A stretch of DNA of 64,000 nt from an uncultured Verrucomicrobiae bacterium (GCA_963769025.1 CAVYKI010000006.1:256001-320000), one strand, 5' to 3'. Shown: positions 1 to 9,612, counted from the stretch's first letter. Made by a program: numbers and translations. The notes: generated from the sequence alone by a model not told the origin.

Positions 1-521
1 TAGGCGAGAAGCCGGCGGCCGCCGCGGATGAAGAGGTAGCCATAGGTCGTCATCCGGCCATGGGGAACGGGGAGGGGGACGATTTCCGTCTCACCGAGAC
101 GGAAGGCGCCCTCCACCGGCCGCGCGTCCGGTTGGAGATAGCCCGGGAAGCGGTTTTTTCCGTCGAAGGCAAACGAGAACGAGTTCCGGAGCAGGCCGAG
201 CGTCGCCGGCGAGCCGAACACGGGCAGCGTTTTCCCGCCAAAGCAGAACGGACGGAGGTCGTCGAAGCCCATGATGTGGTCCGTATGCGCGTGGGTCAGC
301 AGCACGGCATCCACGCGGCGGATGTTTTCGCGCAGCGCCTGCTCGCGGAAATCGGGCCCCGTGTCGATGACCCACGCACATTCCGGCGTCTCGATGTAGG
401 CTGCCGTCCGCGTGCGCCGGTCGCGAGGGTCGGCGGAGCGGCAGACCGCGCAGTCGCACGTCAGCACCGGGATGCCCAGCGAGGTTCCCGTGCCGAGGAA
501 AGTGAAGGTGAAATCGCCCAT
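1..521 (-). CDS. MBL-fold metallo-hydrolase (PhnP/YcfH-neighbour type); 3' end runs off the window
   Basis: Frame absent from the ORF track. Manual translation from ATG 521 gives MGDFTFTFLGTGTSLGIPVLTCDCAVC...IDTGPDFREQ...LTHAHTDHIMGFDDLR, with the HxHxDH motif and the N-terminal LGTGTS.G.P...C.C..C signature. Confidence 0.9.
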   Translation of the reverse strand, partial: MGDFTFTFLGTGTSLGIPVLTCDCAVCRSADPRDRRTRTAAYIETPECAWVIDTGPDFREQALRENIRRVDAVLLTHAHTDHIMGFDDLRPFCFGGKTLPVFGSPATLGLLRNSFSFAFDGKNRFPGYLQPDARPVEGAFRLGETEIVPLPVPHGRMTTYGYLFIRGGRRLLA

Positions 522-644
522 GGAGCGCGCCGAGCATCGGGTGCGGTGCGGGCGGGTGCAATTGGGAACATCGCCGGGCGATCCCGGCGCGCGAACAATC
601 GCGATTCCGACCTCTCAACCCTCATCCCTCAACCCGGCAGGGTG

Positions 645-682
645 AGGTGGGTGGAGCCCCCCCGGACTCCACCCACCTTTTT
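645..682. terminator. GC-rich hairpin, probable intrinsic terminator
   Basis: Perfect 12-bp stem AGGTGGGTGGAG (645-656) / CTCCACCCACCT (667-678), followed by a T run on the + strand. Confidence 0.6.
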
Positions 683-693
683 CCCAACCAACA

Positions 694-870
694 TCAACAA
701 AGTCGAATCGCACCGCCACGGTTCCCCGTGGCCTGCAGTCGCGGAAAGAGACGGCTGTTGGAAGCCGGAGCGACGGTGCTTCCGAGGAAAACACTGCCGA
801 GCACTTCACGCAGCATGGCCGGCGCGGTGAGCGGGCGGGCGGTGTTGCGGGTGTGGAGCGGATGTTTCAT
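694..870 (-). CDS. putative small protein, 58 aa (MKHPLHTRNTARPLTAPAMLREVLGSVFLGSTVAPASNSRLFPRLQATGNRGGAIRLC)
   Basis: ATG 870 to TGA 694, below the ORF-track cutoff. It lies between a sigma54-like promoter and a hairpin. No homology recognised. Confidence 0.4.
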   Translation of the reverse strand: MKHPLHTRNTARPLTAPAMLREVLGSVFLGSTVAPASNSRLFPRLQATGNRGGAIRLC

Positions 871-889
871 CGGGTTGCATTCCTGAGAT

Positions 890-905
890 AGCGGGAAGCG
901 TGCCA
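890..905 (-). promoter_or_regulatory. sigma54 (-24/-12)-like promoter
   Basis: Minus strand reads TGGCACGCTTCCCGCT: an exact TGGCACG with GG-N10-GC spacing, but CCGC in place of TTGC. Confidence 0.5.
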
Positions 906-1089
906 GCTTTTGCCAAGAGTTCTTGGCGCAGGTTTCCGTTCGTCGCGCCGCAGCAGGGGATCACGAAGTTCCGGATCCCGTTTTGAGAGCGGCCGGGTCG
1001 GGATCGACCCCACGCCATTGCTGCGAAAAACAGGGCGTCAGCCGGGCGCGATCGGGCAGCCGGCCAGAATTGCGGAGGGCGCTCCGTTC

Positions 1090-4000
1090 CTACGGCACGT
1101 AGGGATAGACGAGCCGGTAGAAGCCGCTGGCGGAGGCGTGGGGCGGGGGGCCGTCCACGTAGTGGCCGGCGCCGTATTGGTCCACGGTGACGGGGCCGAT
1201 GGTGGTCCACGACGGGTCGGAAAGCATGACCTTGAACTGCAGCCCGTAGGTGCGGTTGGGGATGCCGGAGAAGTCAATGGCCACGGAGCCGTCTGGCTGC
1301 ATGGTGAGCTTGGTGATGTTCTGCGAAGGCGCGTTGTCCACCTTGATGCCGATGACCACGGTGCCCACGGTCTGCGAGCCGTGGTTGTCCTGCACGGTGT
1401 AGCTGAACCCGAGCTCGGGGTTCTGGTCCACGCCTGGCGTGCCCAGCCCGGTCGGCTTGTAGAAGACGAAGCCGCCCGACACCGACACGGTCCCGTGCGC
1501 GGGGGCCGTGGGAGTGCCGACGCTCACGAAGGAAACCGTGTCGCCCGGATCCGGGTCGGAAGTCTGCGCCATGATGGTGGCGATCGGGATCTTGATGCTC
1601 TGCGTGGGGTAACGCTCGACCGACACCGGGTTGGCGACCGGCGGCGTGTTGGTGATGATGACCACGTCGTTGCCCGTGTCGCCGAGGTAGGTGATGCGGG
1701 CGTTGATGGCCACGCCGAGGAACGGGTTGATGGTCTGCCCTTCCGGCAGCCCGCTGAAGGTGCCGGTGATGGCGTCCGCGTCGTCGTTGGTGATGATCTG
1801 GAACATCTGCCCGGTCACGGGCATGAAGCCGCCCTTGGCCGCCGTGGTGAGCGTCGCCGCGGGATCGATGGTGAGCGTGCCGGTGACGGTGATCTTCTCG
1901 ATGTCCGCCGCCGTCGGCCCGATGTCCGAGGCAAACCCGCCGCTGGCGGAAAAGGTCGTGTCGCGCGCCAGGGCGAGCGTCCGGTAGTTCGCCGGGCTGA
2001 TGACCGCGCTGATGCTGATCGGCCCGCTCTGCGCGTCGCCGATCTGCAGCGTGCCGGCGGTGATGACATCCAGCTCGCCATCGGTGAGGCCGAGCGTCGA
2101 GGCGCTGTCCGCCGCCCCGAGGTCGACGAGCTGGCCGAGCGTCTTCGGCTTGAGCGTCACGGTGTTCGCGCCCGCCTCGATCGTCACGCCGCTGGTGCTG
2201 ATGTCGATGAGGTCGGCGATGACGGTGATCGTGCCGGTGCCCGTCGTCTGCACCTTCGAGCCGACAGCCACTGCGTTCGAGAGCCTGAAGCCGCTGCTCA
2301 CCGTCGTGCCGTCGGCGACCGTGCCGGTGATGGAGATGTTGCCATCGACCGCGGTGACCGCGGAGACGTTTTCCATGTGGAAGCCGTGACTGGCGTTGAC
2401 GCCATTGCTGCCACCGCCTGTGCCAATGAGGGTGACTTTCGCCGTGCCGGTCCCCGTGACTGCGGCCGAGTCGGACACCTGCATGCCGTGATTGAACTGC
2501 GTGCCCGCGGCACCGCCGCCGGTGCCGGTCACGGAGATATCGCCGCCACCCGAGGTGATCGCCGAACCCGTCCCGAAGACGAACACGCCGATATTGACGC
2601 TCCCAGTGCCTGCGAGGTTGCCGCCGTTTCCAATGACGGTGACGGTCCCCGCGCCGCCCGCCAGGATCTGCGCGTTGTTCCGGACGACGACCCCGTGGTT
2701 TTCGTTCTGGTTGGTATCGCCGCCGCCCGTGCCGGTGACTGAGACATAGCTGCCGATGGAGGTGATCTGGGAATTCGGTCCGGCGAGAAACACGCCCGTG
2801 TGAGCTCCCCCGGGCCCCGATCCGCCGTGGCCGTTGACCGTGGTCGTCCCTGCGGTGCCGCCGCTGAGCAAAGCGCCGTTCAGGATGGAAACGCCCTCGC
2901 GCATGGCCGCGGAATCTCCGCCCTTGCCTTTGACAGTGACCACGCCCGCGCCGGTGCTGCGCACGATGGCGCCATTGATCTCGACGCCCTTGAAAACGCC
3001 CGTCGCCGAGGCCGCCTGCTGGTTGGCCTCCAGCGTGAGGGCACCATCCTCCGTCTCAAAGCCCGAGCCCGAGGCAAACGCGATGCTCCTGCTCACCTTC
3101 GCCGTGATGGCGCCAGTGGTGGAGGTGACGATGTTGGCGTTCGCCGCCACGCTCAGCCGATCCGTGCCCGGAGCCGCGTCGTCGTTCTGCAGATCGAGGT
3201 CGAGGCTCGCACCCGCGAGGAAGGTGATGTCGCCATTGAGGTTCACCGTGTCATCGCCCGTGCCGCCATGGATGGTGATGCCGGGCATCGGGTTCGTGAA
3301 TGCACCCACATCGATCGTGTCATTGCCGCCCGCGGCATTGACCGTGATCTGCGTCACCCCGGCGAGCGGCAGCGGCCCCGAGCCGCCGGTGAGGAGCGTC
3401 CCATCCACGTCGAACGTGCGTCCCGCCACGTCGAACTGGATGTTCCCCGCGCCGGGTTCGGAAACCGCGAGCGTGTCGCCGTTTCCGCCGATGTCCGTGA
3501 CGACAATCTGGTTGCCCGTGGTGACGACGGTGTACGTGACGGATGCCACGATCGTGGCGACCTGCACGGGAGCGCCGCTGGACCCGCCATTGGAGGTCAC
3601 AACGGCAGTCAGACTGCCAAGGGCCGGCGGGCCGGCCAGGGTGCAAGTCAGCTGCGTGCTGGTCGAGGCAGTGACGGTGGCCGTGCCGGAATTCAATGCG
3701 ACCGTGTTGTTCGCGGGCGTGGCCGAGAAGTTGGTCCCCGCGATGATGAGCGTCACCGTGTCCTGCGTCAGGTTCGTCGTGTTCTGGGTGACGGTCGGCA
3801 GCGGGAAGTAGGTGTACAGCGTGTTGGCCGTGTTCGAGCCGCCGGGCGTGGTCACCACCACGCTCGCCGTCCCCGCGGAACCCGCGGGCGTCGTCGCGGT
3901 GATCGTCGTGTCATTGACCACGGTGACGCCCGTCGCAGCCGTCCCGCCGATGGTCACCCCCGTGGCGCCCGTCAAGCTCATGCCCGTAATCGTCACGCTC

Positions 4001-7000
4001 TGCCCGCCCGTCACCGGGCCGCCGGTCGGATTGATTGCGGTGACAGTCGGAATCGCAAAGTAGGTGTATAGCGTATTGGCCGTGTTCGAGCCGCCGGGCG
4101 TGGTCACCACCACGCTCGCCGTCCCGGCGGAACCCGCGGGCGTCGTCGCCGTAATCGTGGTCGCGTTGACCACGGTGATTCCCGTCGCAGCCGTCCCGCC
4201 GATGGTCACACCCGTGGCGCCCGTGAAGCCCGTGCCCGTGATCGTCACGCTTTGCCCGCCGGCCACCGGGCCGCCGGTCGGATTGATTGCGGTAACCGTC
4301 GGGATCGCAAAGTAGGTGTAGAGCGTGTTGGCCGTGTTCGAGCCGCCGGGAGTAGTCACCACCACGCTCGCCGTCCCGGCGGAACCCGCGGGCGTGGTCG
4401 CAGTAATCGTCGTATCATTGACTACGGTGACGCCCATCGCAGCCGTCCCGCCGATGGTCACACCCGTGGCGCCCGTGAAGCCCGTGCCCGTGATCGTCAC
4501 GCTTTGCCCGCCGGCCACCGGCCCGCCGGTCGGATTGATCGCGGCGACCGTCGGAATCGCAAAGTAGGAATATAGAGTGTTCGCCGTATTCGAGCCGCCG
4601 GGGGTGGTCACCACCACGCTCGCCGCCCCCGCGGCGTGCGCGGGCGTCGTCGCCGTGATCGTGGTCGAGTTGACCACGGTGATGCCCGTGGCAGCCGTCC
4701 CGCCGATGGTCACGCCGGTCGCGCCGGTGAAACCCGTGCCCGTGATCGTCACGCCCTGCCCGCCCGCCACCGGGCCGCCGGTCGGGCTGATCGCGGTTAC
4801 CGTCGGCAGCGGGAAGTAAGTGTACAGTGTGTTGGGTCCATTCGAGCCGAGGCCCGTCGTCACCACCACGCTCGCCGGGCCCGCTGCGCCCGCAGGCGTC
4901 GTCGCCGTGATTGTCGTGTCATTGACCACCATGACGCCGGACGCCGCCGCGCCGCCGATGGTCACGCCCGTAGTCCCCGTGAAGTTCGAGCCTGTGATCG
5001 TCACGCCCTGCCCGCCCGCCGTGGGACCCGCATTGGGACTAATCGCGGAGACGCTGGGGCCGGAGATAAAGGTGTACAGTGTGTTGGCCGAATTTGAGCC
5101 CCCGGGTGTGGTCACTACCACGCTCGCTGTCCCCGCTGCATGGGCAGGTGTCGTCGCCGTGATCGTGGTCGCGTTGACCACGGTGACGCCCGTCGCAGCC
5201 GTCCCCCCGATGGTCACACCGGTCGCGCCGGTAAAGTTCGTCCCCGTGATCGTCACGCCCTGTCCGCCGGTCGTGGGACCGGAATTTGGATTGATTGCGG
5301 TGACCGTCGGAATCGCAAAGTAGGTATACAGCGTGTTCGCCGTGTTCGAGCCGCCGGGCGTGGTCACCACCACGCTCACCGCTCCCGCGGAACCCGCGGG
5401 CGTCGTCGCCGTGATCGTGGTCGTGTTGACCACGGTGATGCCCGTCGCGGCCGTCCCGCCGATGGTCACACCCGTGGCGCCCGTGAAGTTCGTGCCCGTG
5501 ATCGTCACGCTCTGCCCGCCGACCACCGGGCCGCCGGTGGGATTGATCGCGGTCACCGTCGGAGCAGCCACGTCATCATTGACGAGGGTCCCTTGCCCCT
5601 GCCCGTCGGTCACAGTCGCGCCCGTGACGTTGGTCACATTCACAAAGAACGTGTCGCTGGGCTCCACGGTCGTATCGCCATTGACCAGCACCGTGAAGCT
5701 GTAAGTGTTCGACCCCGCCGGGATGGTCTGCCCCGTCAGGCTTTTTGCCGTGTAATCACTCGGTGCCACTGCCGTGCCATCCGCCGTCGCAATGTCAAAG
5801 GTCACTCCGCCCACCGGCGCCGGTGCGCTCAGGCTCACGGTGAAGGTGAACGATGTTGTGCCCGCATTGCCTTCGTTAAGCGAGACGTCGTTGATGGTCA
5901 GATTCGGCAGCGATCCCGTCGTGAAAGTGGAGACAGGCGACGTGTAAGTCGTGCCTTGGCTATTGGTGGCGTAGGCTTTGAAACTGTATCCGGTTCCCGA
6001 CGCCAGGCCGGTGGCGTTCACGGTGAACACGCCGGTGGTGCCGGCGCTCGTCTGTTTGGTCACACCGGTTCCGCCGATCGCTGGATTGTTGTTGGTTCCG
6101 GTGACCGAGTAAACGACGCCTCGTTCCGTGATCGTCGCTCCACCGTCGCCGGTCACATTGCCGCCGAGAGTCGCGCTGTTCGGGGTGATGCTGGCGCTGG
6201 TCGGACTGGTCACCGTGGGTGCAGCCAGTGGCGGAGAATACACATAAAGCTCCTGCTTGATATAGGTCGCCCCCGCCGTCGTGCCTCCCGTGAAATTGTT
6301 CCCGTCGGCGCTGAAGATCACCTTGCCTGCGAAACCGACGGTATTGAGCGGTCGGGAGGAGGCGGTCCCGGGTTTGATGTCAAAGTTCGTGAAGGTGGTG
6401 CCGTCATAGGACCAAAACTCCACGCCATGCGTGGGGTCGGGCGCGTTAAAGGTGAGAGCCGCTCCCGCCTGGATGAGATCCGAGGGCGCGTTGCCTCCCG
6501 GATACACTCCTTCAAAGGCCGCCCCCGTGCTCACTCGGGACGGAGAACCATTGTTGAAACGCCAGAGCTGATGCTCGTTGGACGTGGCGGCAGTGGCCAC
6601 AAAATAGATGTCTCCATTGTAAGGCGCGAAATTCAAGGGAGTCGGGTCCGTCGTGCCGCTGGCGATCACATAAGAGGTGAGCCGCTTGGTCGGCCCATCC
6701 ACCACATAAAGCTGGCGTCCGAGATTCGTGCTTCCCGTCGCCGTGGTGGAGTTATTGAAAGCAAATCCAAAGGCGGTGAAGAAGATGCGGCTGCTGGAGT
6801 CCGCGTAAAAGAAGCTAGGGACCGCACCGATGTTGTTGGTGCTGTTGTTGTAAATTTGAATCTCCGTGTTAGTGCTGGCGACCGGATCATAGACCCACAG
6901 CTCGTCGTCCGGCTTGCCGCCGCGGTCCGTGGTGGCGCGGTAATACAGCAGGCCGCCCGCGGGCACAAAATTGGACAGGCCGTTCCCGCCGATGTTGGCC

Positions 7001-7740
7001 GGAAAGGCTGGTGTGAAGGCGACGGGTGAGCCGTTGTTGTAGCGGAACCCCTGGCGCTGGGTGCCGTTCGTGGTGGCATAGACCACATCCCCGTTGAAGT
7101 CGGCCTGGCTGCCCACCCCGCTTACACCGGCCGCCGTGGATTTCAGGGTCTTCGCGATCCCGTCGAACACATAGAGCTGGACGGTCGCGGCGCCTCCCGC
7201 ATTGGTCAGGGAATTGTTGAAAGTGTTCCCCGTGGCATTGAAAAACACCCGGCTCCCTGAGGCGAACACCTGGGACGGGTTCGATGAACTGGGGCCTGAA
7301 TTGAGATCCACCATGGTAAAGGCACCGGCACCGGCCACGGTCGGATCGAAGATGAAGAGCTCGTTTTCCGAGGTCCCGTTCACCGAGCCACGGAAAATCA
7401 AGTAATTGCCCGCCGCGGTCAGCGTACTCGGGAAGTTGGCATTATTAGCCAACAGGTTGGTCGAATTGGCCGCCACCGGACTGCCGTTGTTGTAACGCCA
7501 GATTTGAATGTTGGTACCATTGCCGATGGGGTCGACGAAGAAATAGAGTTCCCCTTGGAACTGCACGAAGCTGTAAGGGTAGCCGCCATAAAGGTTCTGC
7601 GCAGGAGTGCCGGTCGCCAGGACCGTGCTCGTGAGCGAACCCGGTGCTGCTGTCGCGAACGAGGTGCCGAAACAAAACAGCAACCCGATGGCCAGAAAGA
7701 CGGACGCAAGGTGCCGGTGAACGGGGCAAGAGATCTTCAT
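1090..7740 (-). CDS. large secreted/surface modular protein: ELWxxDGT-like propeller, FN3-like, Calx-beta, IPT/TIG repeats, beta-helix-like region, Ig/cadherin-like domain, FYRL-type C-terminal domain
   Basis: 2216-aa ORF with a signal peptide. Motifs: DDELWVYD and GVEFWSYDGT; LTINDVSLNEGNAGTTSFTFTVSLS (Calx-beta); PTVTAINP..GP..GGQ.VTITGT.F repeats; NTPPVANP...FSYTVQD. Confidence 0.9.
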   Translation of the reverse strand: MKISCPVHRHLASVFLAIGLLFCFGTSFATAAPGSLTSTVLATGTPAQNLYGGYPYSFVQFQGELYFFVDPIGNGTNIQIWRYNNGSPVAANSTNLLANNANFPSTLTAAGNYLIFRGSVNGTSENELFIFDPTVAGAGAFTMVDLNSGPSSSNPSQVFASGSRVFFNATGNTFNNSLTNAGGAATVQLYVFDGIAKTLKSTAAGVSGVGSQADFNGDVVYATTNGTQRQGFRYNNGSPVAFTPAFPANIGGNGLSNFVPAGGLLYYRATTDRGGKPDDELWVYDPVASTNTEIQIYNNSTNNIGAVPSFFYADSSSRIFFTAFGFAFNNSTTATGSTNLGRQLYVVDGPTKRLTSYVIASGTTDPTPLNFAPYNGDIYFVATAATSNEHQLWRFNNGSPSRVSTGAAFEGVYPGGNAPSDLIQAGAALTFNAPDPTHGVEFWSYDGTTFTNFDIKPGTASSRPLNTVGFAGKVIFSADGNNFTGGTTAGATYIKQELYVYSPPLAAPTVTSPTSASITPNSATLGGNVTGDGGATITERGVVYSVTGTNNNPAIGGTGVTKQTSAGTTGVFTVNATGLASGTGYSFKAYATNSQGTTYTSPVSTFTTGSLPNLTINDVSLNEGNAGTTSFTFTVSLSAPAPVGGVTFDIATADGTAVAPSDYTAKSLTGQTIPAGSNTYSFTVLVNGDTTVEPSDTFFVNVTNVTGATVTDGQGQGTLVNDDVAAPTVTAINPTGGPVVGGQSVTITGTNFTGATGVTIGGTAATGITVVNTTTITATTPAGSAGAVSVVVTTPGGSNTANTLYTYFAIPTVTAINPNSGPTTGGQGVTITGTNFTGATGVTIGGTAATGVTVVNATTITATTPAHAAGTASVVVTTPGGSNSANTLYTFISGPSVSAISPNAGPTAGGQGVTITGSNFTGTTGVTIGGAAASGVMVVNDTTITATTPAGAAGPASVVVTTGLGSNGPNTLYTYFPLPTVTAISPTGGPVAGGQGVTITGTGFTGATGVTIGGTAATGITVVNSTTITATTPAHAAGAASVVVTTPGGSNTANTLYSYFAIPTVAAINPTGGPVAGGQSVTITGTGFTGATGVTIGGTAAMGVTVVNDTTITATTPAGSAGTASVVVTTPGGSNTANTLYTYFAIPTVTAINPTGGPVAGGQSVTITGTGFTGATGVTIGGTAATGITVVNATTITATTPAGSAGTASVVVTTPGGSNTANTLYTYFAIPTVTAINPTGGPVTGGQSVTITGMSLTGATGVTIGGTAATGVTVVNDTTITATTPAGSAGTASVVVTTPGGSNTANTLYTYFPLPTVTQNTTNLTQDTVTLIIAGTNFSATPANNTVALNSGTATVTASTSTQLTCTLAGPPALGSLTAVVTSNGGSSGAPVQVATIVASVTYTVVTTGNQIVVTDIGGNGDTLAVSEPGAGNIQFDVAGRTFDVDGTLLTGGSGPLPLAGVTQITVNAAGGNDTIDVGAFTNPMPGITIHGGTGDDTVNLNGDITFLAGASLDLDLQNDDAAPGTDRLSVAANANIVTSTTGAITAKVSRSIAFASGSGFETEDGALTLEANQQAASATGVFKGVEINGAIVRSTGAGVVTVKGKGGDSAAMREGVSILNGALLSGGTAGTTTVNGHGGSGPGGAHTGVFLAGPNSQITSIGSYVSVTGTGGGDTNQNENHGVVVRNNAQILAGGAGTVTVIGNGGNLAGTGSVNIGVFVFGTGSAITSGGGDISVTGTGGGAAGTQFNHGMQVSDSAAVTGTGTAKVTLIGTGGGSNGVNASHGFHMENVSAVTAVDGNISITGTVADGTTVSSGFRLSNAVAVGSKVQTTGTGTITVIADLIDISTSGVTIEAGANTVTLKPKTLGQLVDLGAADSASTLGLTDGELDVITAGTLQIGDAQSGPISISAVISPANYRTLALARDTTFSASGGFASDIGPTAADIEKITVTGTLTIDPAATLTTAAKGGFMPVTGQMFQIITNDDADAITGTFSGLPEGQTINPFLGVAINARITYLGDTGNDVVIITNTPPVANPVSVERYPTQSIKIPIATIMAQTSDPDPGDTVSFVSVGTPTAPAHGTVSVSGGFVFYKPTGLGTPGVDQNPELGFSYTVQDNHGSQTVGTVVIGIKVDNAPSQNITKLTMQPDGSVAIDFSGIPNRTYGLQFKVMLSDPSWTTIGPVTVDQYGAGHYVDGPPPHASASGFYRLVYPYVP
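3798..5561 (-). repeat. 7 tandem 252-bp (84-aa) IPT/TIG repeats, with one divergent copy downstream
   Basis: Near-identical blocks recur every 252 bp; the opposite-strand ORFs at 3812 and 4064 are near-identical. Confidence 0.9.
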
Positions 7741-8197
7741 AATCGGAGGTGGAGAGGAGAAGTGGTAATGTGTGGTGATCGCCCAAATGTGGGACTGGCG
7801 AGTGACGCGAGCGATTTTCTAATTCCAGCAATCGTCACTGATAAACAGCCTTTTCCAATTTTCAAAACCTTTGATCGGGCCATGGCGATACCCCGCCACC
7901 TCTGATCTGCGGCGGATGTAGCCGGGAGGCTGATCGTGTAGGTGAAGGTGTCGATGTCGGTGTCGGCGAAGCGATTCCATTAATGGACTGCGGCGGAGTC
8001 CCTCTCCTGTATCAAGTGGTTGTAACTCGTGCTCCAACCGGAGTGGAAAATGAACAGCCGCGCGTCCTGCGAAAGCTTCGCCAGAAGGGCGTCAGCGATG
8101 CCATGAAGCGCAGCGCACTTTATCGCGCGAAATGTAACCCATGCGAGGGCGGGAATCGGGGCGGGGGCGCTCGCTTCCCTGCACGCGCCGCAGCCCG

Positions 8198-9512
8198 TCA
8201 CACCGCGGGATATTCCCACGGCGCGCGGTACGGGCGTGCGAGGAGTTTCGCGGCCTCGGGATCGCCGACGATCTGCTCCTTTGCCGCGTCCCACTCGATG
8301 CTGCGGCCGGTGCGCCACGAGATCATCCCGAGCAGCGGCAGGACGGAGGCGCGGTGCGCGAGTTCGATGCCGGCGACGGGCGCGCGGCGCTTGTCGATCG
8401 CTTCGAGGAAGTCGGCCCAGAGCAGCTTGAGGTTGTGGCCGTCGGGCTCCTGGAGCTGCGAATCCTCGTGCTCGATCTTCCCGCCCTTCGCCGTCGGGTA
8501 GAAGGTCCAGCCGTCGCGCCAGCCGATGTGCAGCATGCCTTTTGTGCCGTAGAAGTACGCGCCGATCTTGTGCTTCTCGGTGTCGTTGCCGCCGAACTTG
8601 CGGTGCTCCCAGACGCAGGTGAATTTCTCGAACTCGTACGTCGCGACCTGATGATCCGGCGCGTCGCTGGTCTGCTCCTTTTCATTCAGCACCGGCGCGC
8701 CGGCGATGGGCCGTCCGCCGGTGCAGAAGATGCGCTTCGGATATTTTTCGCCGCTCCACCACAGCACCTGGTCGAGCCAATGCACGCCCCAGTCGCCGAG
8801 CGTGCCGTTGGCGAAGTCGAGCGTGTTGCGCCAGCCGCCGGGGTGCAGCTTTTTGCTGAACGGCCGCAGCGGCGCGGGGCCGCACCAGAAGTTCCAGTCC
8901 ATGCCGTCGGGCGCCGGTTCGTTCGGCGTCGGCTTCTCCGGGCCGGTGCCCGCGCTGTGCGCGAAAAGGCGCACCATGCCGACTTCGCCGACCGCGCCGG
9001 ACTTGAGGAATTTCATCCCGCTGACGTGATGCGGCCCGATGCGCCGGTGCAGCCCGACCTGCACGACGCGCCCGCTTTCCTTCGCCGCGCGCAGCATCGC
9101 GCGGCTTTCGTTCACCGTGTGGCCGGTCGGCTTTTCGACGAAGACATGCGCGCCGGCCTTCAGCGCGGCGATGGTGTTCAGCGCGTGCCAGTGGTCGGGC
9201 GTGGCGATGATGACGACGTCCGGCTTTTCCTTCGCGAGCAGCTCGCGGTAGTCGCGGTAGAGCTTCGGCGTGTCGCCGCTGAGGTCGTTCACCTGATCGC
9301 CGGCGACTTCGAGCACGTTCGCATCCACATCCGCGAGCGCGACGACCTTGCAGCGGCCCGACGCGAGCGCTTCCTTGAGGATGTTCTTTGCCCCACCAGC
9401 CGGAGCCGATGAGCGCGGTGCGGAGCTTCGCCGGTTCCGCGGCGCGGATGAATGGCGCGGCGGCGAGCGCTGCGGCGAGCGTGGCGCGCTGGAGGAAGGT
9501 GCGGCGTTTCAT
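8198..9512 (-). CDS. Tat-exported Gfo/Idh/MocA oxidoreductase (frameshift near 9388)
   Basis: MKRRTFL Tat motif, LIGSGWWG Rossmann motif, ATPDHWH, VFVEKP, DWGVHWLD. One extra base splits the N-terminus from the 376-aa ORF. Confidence 0.88.
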
Positions 9513-9534
9513 GGTTTTCAGCTGCAGCAGGATA

Positions 9535-9600
9535 AACCGCCAAGACGCCAAGACGCCAACGATACAAATGCTTTCTTGGCGCCTTGGCGCCTTGGCGGTT
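9535..9600. repeat. REP-like inverted element built from 8-mer tandem units
   Basis: AACCGCCAAGACGCCAAGACGCCAA ... TTGGCGCCTTGGCGCCTTGGCGGTT, intergenic. Confidence 0.8.
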
Positions 9601-9612
9601 CTCCCGAAAAGG

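Noticed and set aside
700..830. Several short hairpins as a known riboswitch (c-di-GMP, cobalamin)
   Set aside because: The conserved cores do not match. An Rfam scan would be needed; the small ORF explanation fits better.
3798..5561. Regular repeats as a CRISPR array or DGR template
   Set aside because: The 252-bp units are in-frame protein domains with no unique spacers, and the window has no cas or reverse transcriptase gene.
910..7029. Long + strand ORFs opposite the giant gene, and similar antisense ORFs elsewhere (11726-15100, 31262-33814, 38153-40618, 43497-45368)
   Set aside because: These are shadow ORFs expected from high GC3, with Arg/Gly/Ala-rich composition and no motifs.
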